Positions 38,085-49,831 of a stretch of DNA of 60,000 nucleotides are shown here, one piece after another. The notes below the pieces were generated by a model. The model did not search any database, was not told the origin of the DNA, and worked only from the letters and a program-made list of their open reading frames with translations. The position numbers and the translations under genes are program-made. The DNA comes from Laetmonice hystrix. Taxonomy: Eukaryota. Position 1 is the stretch's first letter; each line of letters starts with the position of its first letter. The DNA lies in the NCBI GenBank assembly GCA_965235115.1, contig OZ249436.1, forward strand, positions 14,882,001-14,942,000, given 5' to 3'.

Positions 38085-39780
38085 TTACAGTCTATATTAA
38101 ATTTTGTCCGTTTTGTATACTGACTCACCATCTCATCAAAATCATATAGGATAAGGTGGGGCAAGGTGAGGACCTTAAGAATTTTGACCTGGTATATAGA
38201 GCTACTGGTAGGCCTATACTGCACAATACATTCATGTAGTATTTCATCATCAAGAATCTAGTATTTCCTGTATTCCTGACATAAAATAACTGTAAGGTAA
38301 ATTGCTATAAACAATTTAATCAAGATTAATATGCTCCTGATGGGTAATAATGAGCACATACTCATTTACCCCATAGTGGCAAAAATAGATATATCGAAAT
38401 GGATGTTAACAAACCTATTAAAAAAGATGACGTAAAATATCGTCTATAGGCTACACCTGTTATCATTCCCTAGTCTGTGGTCGGTAAATGACGTTTGATT
38501 TCCAATATTAAAATGTCAAGAAATAATCCTATATCAAAATATGCTCATACTACCCCCAGTCGTGCTATATCAGCTTCAAAATGTATAATCTCCAGGTTTT
38601 CCCCAAAAATCTCCAGGTTCCCCCCCCCCCCAAAAAAAATCTCCAGGTTTTCCTCCAATTTCCAGGTTTTTGGACACAACTTTAAAAAATCTGCAGGTTC
38701 CTTATCTCTGTAGGTTGGCAGGTGTGGATCGGGGTCGGGGTGGGGGTGGGAGCGGCGGGGGGGGGGGGGGGGGGGGTAAGATGTCACAAGGCTCCATTTA
38801 TCGCCATGAAAATTGCGATTCATCTTGGAACCCTTTGCGATACAAGATGATACAAGTGTCTTGAAAATAATGCGAAGCATTTTATGGTATGCCGGTTAGC
38901 CTCGTAACCTTATACTTCGCCCGGTTAATTATAGGCCTATAAAATTATCCTATACCATCAAGAGTAAGCATTGACCATCTACTATTCTTGAACCCCCATG
39001 CATAGTTGTGTAGGAAATGATATATCTGGACTCGCAAGGTTTGCTACACCAATAAAATGTGCGAGTTATTGGGTGAATGGGGGGGGGGAGGGGGTCCACC
39101 CCCTAGGTATTTCAGCCATATTCAGGGCGAGAAAAACACTTCTAAAACTTCTTCAGTCATGGAACCTGTTGAATATCGTACCCGGAGGGGGGGGGGGGGG
39201 GGGTAACCACCCAAAAGTGCACGGGCCGCTGGGATTTGTGCTTTCCAACGGGACCAATGCCGGCGCGGCGAGACCGCTTCAAAACATTCAAAACAAGTCT
39301 TTCCTTTTTTTTATCAGATATTTATTAAGTATAAATAAATGACAAATCCTGGTTTTTCATTCCACCTTCGAAGCTGTGACAGGTTTTGTGCAGTGCCCAG
39401 GTTTTGTTGTTGCTGCCACCTTTAGTTCCTTATACAGTGAGTGGTCGCTATATATAACAGCACGGCAGCGTGTTCCGAACTCAGGTTGCCGAAAGTAGTT
39501 TCTTAATCTATTGAAAGCCAAGTAAAACTAATAAAAAACGACACTTTGTGCAAATTTATCAGAGGCTGCACCGTTCAGGAAAGTTGTCTAAAGTTGTTTT
39601 GAAATATTACACGCATGCAGTGTGTATGGAATGGGCATCTCAGAGTTTGTTTCAGTGGTATGCCGATGCTGCTGACTTCATACTCTCTCCCCGATGCGTA
39701 TAGGCTACCCTCTTTTGATAGAGAATCCGTCAGTTCACAGCCGCTGTAAAAGCTTCCGTTGTGGAGGTCGAGGTCGTAAC

Positions 39781-42700
39781 TTACAACAGGAGCATAGCAG
39801 AGACACCTGCCGTGAGTAGCAACGCCAGGGATCCCGACACGGACACTGCAGCATTCTGTCCCTGTGAATACATGACGTAATCTATGTAAGATCATTCGGT
39901 ATAGGCCTAATAGGCTATATGCCTATTTATAATAGCCTATAAAGGCCTAAAAAGGCGGGCCATGCTCATACTATTAGATTTCGATGATAGTGTACAAAAT
40001 ATTAGAATGATATTTTCAAGTGGCATTGACGTTTTGTTAGCTGTAACATTTTAGCTATATCCTTATAAGGTTAGACCTTAGCCTATACGTTGAAGCTTAT
40101 CATTATTTTCATCCGAATGTGTAAAAGAAAATATCGATCCAGTAGGCCTATTCAATAGGCATTACAAACATTTAGATAGGCCTACTCAATAACGTTACAC
40201 CGAATACTCACCTGAGTAGTGTTTGTTGCGGCTGCGGTTGTTGCTTCCATGGTGGTGATGGCAGCGTTGGTGACGGCGGCGTTGGTAACGGCGGCGTTAG
40301 TGACGGCGGCGTTGGTGGCGCCGTCAGCGGTGGCCGCGGCCGTTACAGAGTCAGTGACTGTGGGGACGACGGTACTCGTTGATCCCTCGCATCCAGCTGA
40401 AATTGCGGCAATGTGATAATAGGGAAAGACAGAATTTTTTCACCGATAGATGTCGCGCAAGTGCGAAAAGTCTAGGCCTGGTGCATTATGGGATATCATG
40501 GCGCGAACGTATGACGTATTAATGGCGGCCAGTCAGTGCACTTACGAGTGTTGGACGGTTGGAAGACTGAAGGCAGAGCTGTTAACTCGTCGGGCGAGCA
40601 CAAAAGGAAGGAAGCATGTCCTCATTGAAAGGTTAGTGTTCATTTTTCTACACCTTATTATTTTCATGAATGCGGTAAAGTATGTGAAATCAGTAGGTAA
40701 ATTACGTCACTCGGTCAACACTGGTCCACCTGCAGACTCGACCGAGGCGGCAGCCGCCCACGTGTTCGGCAGTCAGAGCCCCTCACCCCCTGTTTTGACA
40801 AGGCTGCAATCCTTTTCTGCCTCTTTGACTTTGTAAATCATTAATCTACCCACCCTCATCCTGGTAAACCGTAAAGCCTAGTATTTATGCCAAATTGAAA
40901 AGCCGTTAAAAAGAGTTAGTGAGGACGGCCTGTGACTGTCACTGATGACAGTGCTGTGTGGTCGCTGGGATGAGCTGCTCCCCTACGACGCAACGGCAGC
41001 GGGGGAAGATGCAGAACTTCTCAACCACGTTGACTGTTAAGTGTTGTGTTGACGTTGTTGCATTGTTGGTTTGGGGGAGGGATGGGGCGAAATTGTGGTC
41101 ACCGGTTATAAGCAAGGGTGGGCCAGGCATAGCTTAATTAAACAGGCGCGGATCCTAACACTAACAGTAACACAGTAGATCTGACTCTAGCCTATGATGC
41201 CGGAGTCTAACGTTAGTCAAAGATGGTCTAGTCGTAGAACTGATTATTTCTATGACTATGTAGCCTACAGGCTACACTACAGCTAGCTGTTATTTTGTAA
41301 TCTGCCATTCAAAGGAGGGGGGCATTTTAGATTGGGTAAATTCTTCCTCATCTATTAGAACTGTTTCAAAACTTATTACATGATTGGGTAACCCCCTCCC
41401 CCCTGAGCTTACGGCGTGTTTAGCATTGAAAATGTTGAGAATGTTGGACCACCCCTCAGATAGAACTCTAATTTTTTTCACAGGCTTGAATCGTATGATG
41501 CCCATGACAACTTCCGACAACCGGCACTTGAAGACCTCATTGAACCAGTGCCCTTTGAAGATTGGCCAACCACCAATTTCAAAAGTTTGACCAGTGACCA
41601 CAGGAGTCTGTTACCTCCAGTGACGAAAGAACTTATACAGGCATACTTCACAATGCGCCTAGCAACTGACAATATTTGTGCTAATGACATGCAGGCCCTA
41701 AAGAAAGGCAAAATTCTTTTGGATGGACAGAAAATAACGGCATGCAGTGCAAATTTTGATGAGAGTAACTATGTGTATTTCACAGGATTTACAAGTGCTG
41801 CAATGAAAAAGAAGGTATAGCATTTTAGCCTGTAATATTGATTTCGAGAGCATCTATTAAAAACTGTAGTATTGCAGTTAACAATTTTACAGGCATGAAT
41901 AACTATTATATTAAGACTCTTAAGAGATCGTTTCTTGATGGGTCATGAATTTACTTCCTTTAATGAAAAAATAAATGTTGCATAAATAATAAACTTTAAT
42001 CTATCAAAATCTAACTTTGGGGTTCCTATTTGGTTGAATTTGTCCCCAGTTAAAAAGTTAAGTTGTTGCTATAGATCTTTAAGGAGCAGGATCTATTTTA
42101 AACGGTCAGATTAATCATTAAGGGGCACACTGATGATAGGCAAGCTTATCAATTTTAATGAAAGAATTATAAACTGGTAGGAAAATTTCCTGACTCTTAT
42201 TTAAATTTCAGGTGTGTTACAACTTCAAAATTCGGGTTGACATGACTGGAGATATCATAAACACAGCGTGTGAATGTCCTGCAGGCAAAGGTCCGCATGG
42301 GACTTGCAAACATATAGCAGCAGTCTTGCTAATGCTTGAGCACTTTGTTCAGCATGGGGATAAACTCGTTCTGAGGAGTTGTACAGAAAGCCTGCAGACC
42401 TTCCACATGCCAAAGAAACCGTATACAGGTAATTTGAATAGAACAATTTCATAACGCAAATATAAAACATCATATCCCTTTAGAATCTGATACACAGTAA
42501 ATGCAGCATAAGTCAAATCTATGTAATTTAAATTATTGGACGATTCGAATAGATTTCCACAGAAGTTTATTATTTCCTTTGCATTTAAATTAAAAAAACA
42601 TCGCCTTAGTCTTTTTTGAAGTTGAATGATCGTCTAATTCAAGTCGATTCGGTTGTCCCTATGATCCAAAGTTATGCATTTTACTCTCACCATACTCAAA

Positions 42701-45700
42701 TCAGAGGTCAATGGACAAAAATCAACGGCGATTTTGGAAAATTTGGTTAACCCAATGACTAAGGATGTGTCTGCACCCACCCTACAGTTCATTGATATCA
42801 CCGCTCCAGTATTGGCTTGCTTGCGAGCCACCAACGCCTACTCAATTTTCAAATTAAGTATAGGCAAACAAAGAAAGGTTCTTAATTATATAAGGTACAT
42901 ACATGTACTTTTGACGATAATCTTGCAGCAAGAATAGAAGTTATTTTACTGTCTCTCATTCAGGTTCACCTATGAAGGCACAAAATATGAACAAGAGGAA
43001 AAGAACAGATGATCCCAGGCCCGCAAAGTATCGACAAATGGAAGGCTACAATGACTTCGTTAGAAGTGCTGTTATCAACTTTTGTTCTACCACTGGCCAG
43101 GATATCTCCATGCGCTTCCTGTATGAGAAAGCAGACATCCAACAAGCCGTTAAAGACCACGACTATCTTCAAGACCCATTCACTGAATATTGGGTTGATG
43201 AAGCACAAAAGGTGACAAAGAAAAAAACAGTTTATTCTTTAGGCCACACTTTTTTTATTGTTTGGTTTACGGGCACCCTGCAAAGTTACCCAAAGTACGG
43301 AGGGTGAAATAAAAATAAACTTCCTCCCGTAAAGAGACCGGGGAATGTCGAATGAGCTGGAAACAGATTTTGTTCAAAACATTGTAAATTATGCCTTGTA
43401 ACTATTGTAAGTGTTTCCAAGTTCCATTGAAATATCTTAGTTTTTGAGAAATATGGGATATATACATTGCTAGGTTTTGTGTGGCGAGTCATCTTCATTC
43501 TTGGATTATTTGACCTTTAGAATTTGCATGTCGAATACCCAATATCGTGAGAATGTCTTTTCTTTTATCATAATATGTCACAATATTTGACCCATTATTA
43601 AAAAATATGAGCAGTTGAGAAGTTTCTTATTTTGGATCCTTAATTTCGTTTCCTGTTTTATGAAAATAATTTTGCATATTCTGAATCAGAAGTTTTGTCG
43701 AATTACATATTCAGGTCAGTGATGAGGACATCCGACATATTGAACAAAGCACCAAAGGTCAGTCTCAGTGCAAGAAATGGCATGATGTCAGGCAATGGAG
43801 GATTACAGCATCAAAATTTGGAGAAGTCGCCCGAATAACCAGCAGGAGAAATAAGGCAAAACTGTGTGAGTCCATCGTCAATCCGAAGTCATTTAAATGT
43901 GCAGCCACCATGCATGGACTCAAGTTTGAAGCTACAGCTATAAAGAAATTTGAGCAAAAGTATAAGAAAACGGTGAAAAAATGTGGATTTACAGTATCAA
44001 AAGACAAGCCCTATCTGGGTTGTTCACCTGATGGCACTGTAGATGATGATGCGTGTGTTGAAGTCAAGTGCCCATTTGCTGGCAAGGACAGAATGATCTC
44101 CAATACAAAAGAGTTCCCTTGGCTAGAGCGTAAAAATGGAAAGTTACATCTAAAAAAAACCAGCAAATACTATGATCAAATCCAGGGGCAAATGTACATC
44201 ACTGCGAAAACAAAATGCTACTTTATTGTATTCACATTCCAAGACATGTTTGTGGAGGAAATAACCTATGATGAAGAATACTGCAAACTATGTCTCGTTC
44301 CAAAGTTGGAGGTCTTTTACCTCAAATATGTGAGGCCTTACATTGCAAGGCATTGCATATAATTGTCGTCAGTGGATAATGAAGTGTAAGAAAATGGTGT
44401 AATTCTGTCTGCCTTTTAGACATGGACATTGGGGGGAAAATGTCAGTTTTGTAAATGACCTGTATTACAACTTATTTTTCAGATTTTTGTAAACCAAATT
44501 TTTCATTTTTTTTTCGGGGGGGGGGGGGGGGGGGTCAAGGAGGAAATACTATGATCAAATAGAACATGTCATTTTGCATGAAAATTGTGAAAGTCAGCTT
44601 CCGAAGTACTTTAGATACCATTCTATACCACTTTCTGATAAACTGTCATTTTCTCCCCATTATGGCTCACAAATTCTAACATCGACGATCGTGTGATTCT
44701 AACCTGAGTATCTCAAAAAGGAGCATGGCAGTCCCTGTTTTTCCTGTACACGTGTACTCTGATTTATGCTAGTCTGTTGACAATTGAATTTCTGAAGTTG
44801 GTGATTCGATAACACAATGACACTATTTGAGTAGCAAGATCCCTATGTTTGGCATTGAGTCCATATTTCAACATTTTGAATGTCTTCCCAAGGCCTATCA
44901 CTCTTTCTACGTGTATCCTTTTCGATGCAATTCGACGGTCACGAATGACTGTTTCTGGTTCAAGCTGACTTTTACCTTTAAGCATGGTGGGTGTATTAAC
45001 TGTCACACCCTTGTTGGCAAATAGGTCCTGGACCATTATTCCCCTGTCAGCCATTATGGAATCGCCAGGTTCAAGTTTTTGTCCATTTACAAAGTCTGAT
45101 CTTTCGATTATTTGCCGGTCACTGGCAGCTCCTCCATAGCTGTCACTTATGAATGTTACCACTCCACGTGGACTGACTCCAATCATTGTTTTTAAGGTAT
45201 TTCGATGTTTGTATGTTGAAAACGTAGCACGCTGAATATTTACTTCTGTTGGCTTTGCAATGGGAATTTCAGTTGCGTCCAGAATGATGCGAGTGTTTTG
45301 AAATTGCTTTGCAAAGTTTTTTGGCATGGTCTGTTGAACTGTTTCTTTGGAGGCCCAAATATTGATTTCTTCAAGTTGGTAGTACATGAAAGTTATCCAG
45401 GTATTGACCAGTGTGTGCACAGTGGAGTCACTAACACAGAAAAGAATGCCTAATTCGTGGTCGTCCTTCGCTTGTCTTAGTTTAATCAGCGTCAAAAAAA
45501 GTTGGTCTATTGGCAAGAGTTTGTGGCATTTGGGTTCTAATTCATGTACTGCTGGTCCAAGAATATGAAAAAATAATCTGAAATGATCGTAATTGTCAAA
45601 CGATGTGTAGTATTTGATGTCTCTAGGAGAATCCTTGAAGAGGGTAATGGAAAATGGTGTGCGTGAATACTTAGGGAAGGGTACAGTTAGGAGGTCACAC

Positions 45701-48700
45701 TGGCAGAACATTTCAGAGCACTCTGATGTAGCATTGACACTTTTGTCACATGTATCGTTTTGCACTTCAGTTTCAAGCACATCGATTTGGTGATCTATGT
45801 CCCTCTGTACTCCATTTTGCAGACTATCTGTGTTAGTACAAGCTTGTTGCTTGTTTGATTGATCCCCACGGGATAAGTGCCTGGCTGCTCTCCTTTCTCC
45901 AGATACTGTGAGGGCAGCAGTGGAGACTTTAGGCATTTTTTGTGAGGGTACAGCAGTTGGACGTAGCCGTCTTCTGGTTCCTGGAATTTTTTACTTTGTT
46001 GTCAGTAGAAATCGAATTTAGGAGAAATGATTATCACTATAATATCAGAGTATTAAAGTCCTTTATGAAATTTCTTGTGTTATTGTAAATTATGCTTATT
46101 AAAGGGGCATGCTATGAAACACGTTTTTGAGGATTTCCGGAAATTATCCAACATGACCGTGTACTAGGGATTCAAGTAAATAATCCTACCACAGTATTTT
46201 GTCCTCCGACGTGTTTTCGCTGCGTATGCAGCACAAGTAGATTCTATACGACCAAACCTATAGATTTCTCCTGATAGCACATCTCCCGCCATAATTTGCT
46301 ATAGACAACCTCCCATCAACCCGTGTAATTGCATACTGTGTCACATCCTGCGTGTGCACTCTCTGCATGTGCTTAGCCACGTGCTTCGCTTAGTTGTAAA
46401 CAATTCAGCAGTTGCACTCGATCGTCCGGCATCAGAATGCCACCCAAAAAATATTTTACGAAATCGGCAGAAAAGCGGGCAAGGGAGCTTCATAAACTTC
46501 GATTTCTCACACAAAATGAAACTGATAAGTCTGTCTTTGTTTACCAAGCAATATTAATGAAGGATCTCTTTATGAAAACAGCAAAAGTTCTTTGAAATAC
46601 CGATTTTTCACGTTTCCTCATAATATGCCCCTTTAAAAGATGGCTGATAAATCTCTATATCCAAGGATTGATATTAACGGGGTCCTCAGATCTTAAGGCC
46701 CTAGATTTGAAATTTCTATCAATGGGACTTGCATTCTCTTTGTAAACCTTGAATGATTTCATGAAAAATATAACCGAATTTTTAAAACAGTTCATAATTA
46801 AAAAAAAAGAGTAAACATAACTAACTTTCAGAAAGACCGTCTCTAAAGATTTATAAACGCCTAAACGGCGGATCTAGATATAGGGGGGGGGGGGGGGCGG
46901 CATGTCATTTGGTGAAAGTTATACTAATTTATGTTTCACGAGTATCCCAGTTCTGCTTGACATCGATGAAGTGTGTCATGCTTTTGGACAGCAATGACAA
47001 CGGAATCATATCTTGACTTCACTCTGAGGGGTGGGGGTGCAGCAGTGCATGGTGTAGGCAGAACTAAGCTAAGGGGGGGGGGGGTCCAACCACAATTTTA
47101 GTCAGACTTCATTTATTTAGCTATTTCATTATCTATTAATTGGGGGAGGGGCAGGCTGGGGGGGGGGGGGCAATTTTTTACTTTTGCCCCGGGTGCCAGG
47201 AACCCTCGCTTCGCCACTGAGAGTGGGAGATAGATCTAGTCACTAGTGTCAACAAAAAGTCCAGGTAAGTAAGTAGGGCCTATGTTTATTGACTTTTGGG
47301 GGGGGGGGGTAGTTTTGATGACAACGAACGGCGTTGCCGTTGCAGGCCCGTACGGGGGGGGGGGGGGGGGGGGCTCGCACCTGAGGATACCCAGGCTCAG
47401 GCTACGGCTGTAGGCCCCACGAACTGAATACAAAAGATGGACCCCCCCCCCCCCCCCAAGGCCTAAGGAGTAAGGTACCGTACAGCCTACTACAGTACAG
47501 TAAGTTCTACACTACAGCTACAGGCCTGTGAAGCTGTGTTGGGAAATACCACGCCAAAATCCCCAAGCGGCCAAGCCGAGCAATGGCAATGTCAGTTTAC
47601 AAACGCGAACAGTATCACAGGCCACGACCACTCTAGACGAGTCGTGGTGCCCAAAGTGTTTTTTTAACCCATAAGAATATCTATGGGCCCTAATAGGCCT
47701 AGTCTATTCTGGTTTCATAACTATAGTCTACAGTCGCAGAGGGCGGCCGCCTAGGCTGCTGCACGCCGGGTTGTCATGTCGGAACTCCCACTGCCTGCTA
47801 CTGTACTGCTAGGCTACAGCCTCGCAAAAAAAAATGCATAGGCCCTAGGCCTAGATCTAATGTTATAGCCTATAGGCCTAGATAGGCTACGGTCTTTCTG
47901 TGTTTCTCAAAGTTTAAACAAACACCAAAAACACTTATTACATGAGAGTACACACCCTGAGAAGGAGTTAGATAGTCATCTGTTTTAAAATGGTCGTAGC
48001 AGACGACATCACTTGGCTGAGGCCGCCAAGGTCTGGTCGGTTTGCTACTGCCTCTTCTCACAGCGACGCACCACTTTAAACGAAGGTATCGCTCATTGGG
48101 GAATTTATGTCCCCCAATTTTGTTTGAACAACCAGGTACACAACAATATCCCGGCATTTTTCTGATCGCGTTTTTTCGACACTGACACACTGACAGATCT
48201 TTGTTTACACTAGACCCTAGGCCTAGATTATACCGAACGGCCTTGCGCACAGTGACCGTCACAATGCCTACGCTAGACTTTTCGCACTTGCGCGCCACCT
48301 ACCGTTTCAAATTCTGTCTTCCCCTATTTTCGGTCTTTTCAGTGAGGAATAGGGGATAATGCCAGCTAAAAATATGTGCAAGGGAAGGTCCAAGGGTAAT
48401 AATTATTCTCTGTCAGCCCTTTTTAATGTTCCTTTTAAAAAGAACACTTTCCCTGAATTACCTGGGGGGCTGAACCCCTGCCCTTTTTTGGTATGTCTGC
48501 ACAGTATGTACGAGATATTAACTTGTGAACGAGCAGACATTAATCTTGCATAGGTCCCTATACACACCAGGGGAGAAAAGACTGTGTCCATAGTTAACCC
48601 CACATTCCCCCCACCCCCTCAAAAAAGCTCAGGCCCAAATATCGCATCATATACAGTTGATATCTAATTTTGGACTCGTCCACAGCGGACATTATGTTCA

Positions 48701-49831
48701 CACACCGTGACCGCCTTCGACTCTGTCAGTGATCTGTATACCATTGTTTGTGCTGCATTTGATATGCTCATAGACGTAGAGTAGGTCTATGGTATATGCT
48801 GCACTCGTACGTAGGCCGAAATTAGAACGGCCTTCCTACGACTTTTGCCGCCATGAAGTGTCGAGGTGTAAAGTTAAACGTTTGGCACATAATAAATATT
48901 TGACAACTCGAGAAAAACGCGGAATTTTTAGAGCGATTTTTTTTCTAACGAAAAGTTCATTAACCTTTGGGTGCTCAACTAAGAGGTGCTGTCAATAAAC
49001 CCCCGAGCGAGAGCGAGGGGGTTTATTGACAGCAACAGGAGGAAAATATAAGATTCTAGACTGAAAGGTCAAGGACTCTCAAGAACTCTCTAGCAACGAC
49101 AACGTCCACAGTGACTCGCAGGGCGAGCACCTCGAATGTTCTCACACACTTCACGATCGCCGTTGCGACTGCTTGCGAGCGCTTGAGACCATGCACTTGC
49201 AGAGATTTTAAAGACCGACATGCTAATGTGGTACCAGGCGCCCGCGCTCAGCCAATCTGAAGGTGGTGGGCGTGCCAACGACGTGATCTTTTACCAGGCC
49301 AGGTCCAATCAATGGGCGAAAAAAAATAGTCAGTCACGGATGATTGACAGGCGAATACAATAGAGCAGGGCTCATTGCACCGCAATTTTCAAATCCAAGC
49401 GCCAGGCAAGAGTAGAAATTGGTATTGATTTTCGATCATTAATATTCTATCGTTCATCGATTCCTGGCCTCGACACTGTAGGTATACTAGGATGCCCTCT
49501 GACGATTATGCAGTTTGGGCACGTGAATGCGATGGATCTCGCCCGTTATTGCCAAAAACCATGGGAGTTCTTCACTCGGCGATGTCTGGGAGCCAAATGA
49601 GCTGCATGTGGGCGTCACCCTTCCCTTTTATAGTGCATGTCGGCCTTTAAACACCTGCGAGTCCCCGATCGCAAGTTTGTCGTTGCGAGCGCGCCCCCGC
49701 ACACTAGGCGAGTGTTCGCAGCTCTCAAGGACTCGCATCGCTTAAGAGTTTACTCGCAACATAAAGCAATAATTGTCTTTACCGAAATAGGCGACCAAGG
49801 AAATGACGATGAGAGCAGCGACGGACTTCAT
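39781..49831 (-). CDS. Small Thr/Ala-rich secreted, probably GPI-anchored mucin-like protein, paralog A (104 aa), intron interrupted by transposon
   Basis: Exons 49831-49783 (MKSVAALIVISLVAYF), 40396-40212 (AGCEGSTSTVVPTVTDSVTAAATADGAT(NAAVT)3NAAITTMEATTAAATNTTQ), 39861-39781 (GQNAAVSVSGSLALLLTAGVSAMLLL*); non-coding first exon donor near 50192, TATA near 50251. Confidence 0.85.
40498..44362 (+). CDS. Transposon accessory protein: SAP domain + SWIM zinc finger + YqaJ/lambda-exonuclease-like nuclease (525 aa)
   Basis: Exons 40498-40631, 41484-41814, 42212-42428, 42964-43211, 43715-44362 (1578 nt, open). SAP: WTVGRLKAELLTRRASTKGRKHVLIERLESYD; SWIM: CECPAGKGPHGTCKHIAA; YqaJ: TKGQS..KKWHDVRQWRITASKF, HGLKFE, LGCSPDG, VEVKCP, YYDQIQGQM. 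Confidence 0.9.
44764..48157 (-). CDS. THAP + helix-turn-helix + DDE (DDE_Tnp_4-type) transposase (472 aa)
   Basis: Exons 48157-47956 (MPGYCCVPGC...HKFP...W...VCYDHF) and 45980-44764 (starts GTRRRLRPTAVPS, completing the THAP AVP box); HTH DQLFLTLIKLRQ..ELGILFCVSDSTV; triad ILDATE / MADRG / RIHVERVIG. Confidence 0.93.
46103..46632. mobile_element. Kolobok-like MITE nested in the transposase intron, TTAA target duplication
   Basis: ttaa|AGGGGCATgcTATGA ... TCATAatATGCCCCT|ttaa. Confidence 0.8.
48988..49033. repeat. Short hairpin
   Basis: GCTGTCAATAAACCCCC-gagcgagagcga-GGGGGTTTATTGACAGC. Confidence 0.85.

Larger units (their letters stand above)
40421..48325. mobile_element. Full-length ISL2EU-type (PIF/Harbinger-related) DNA transposon, 7905 bp, AT target duplication
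   Basis: at|AGGGAAAGACAGAATTT ... AAATTCTGTCTTCCCCT|at (16/17 match) plus identical subterminal CGCGCAAGTGCGAAAAGTCTAG at both ends; two convergent spliced genes. Confidence 0.92.

Noticed and set aside
39575..39895. Cys-containing frame CCSVRVGIPG..CLCYAPVV suggesting a Cys-rich peptide
   Set aside because: Wrong splice phase; the phase-0 frame gives the conserved hydrophobic tail in all three paralogs
40219..40416. Plus-strand VTAAL-repeat ORFs (also 54101, 58884)
   Set aside because: Antisense shadow of the minus-strand exon, which has conserved splice sites
40450..40497. MSRKCEKS / MARKCEKS N-termini shared by ORFs at both transposon ends
   Set aside because: Translation of the inverted repeat; likelier starts are 40498 and 48157
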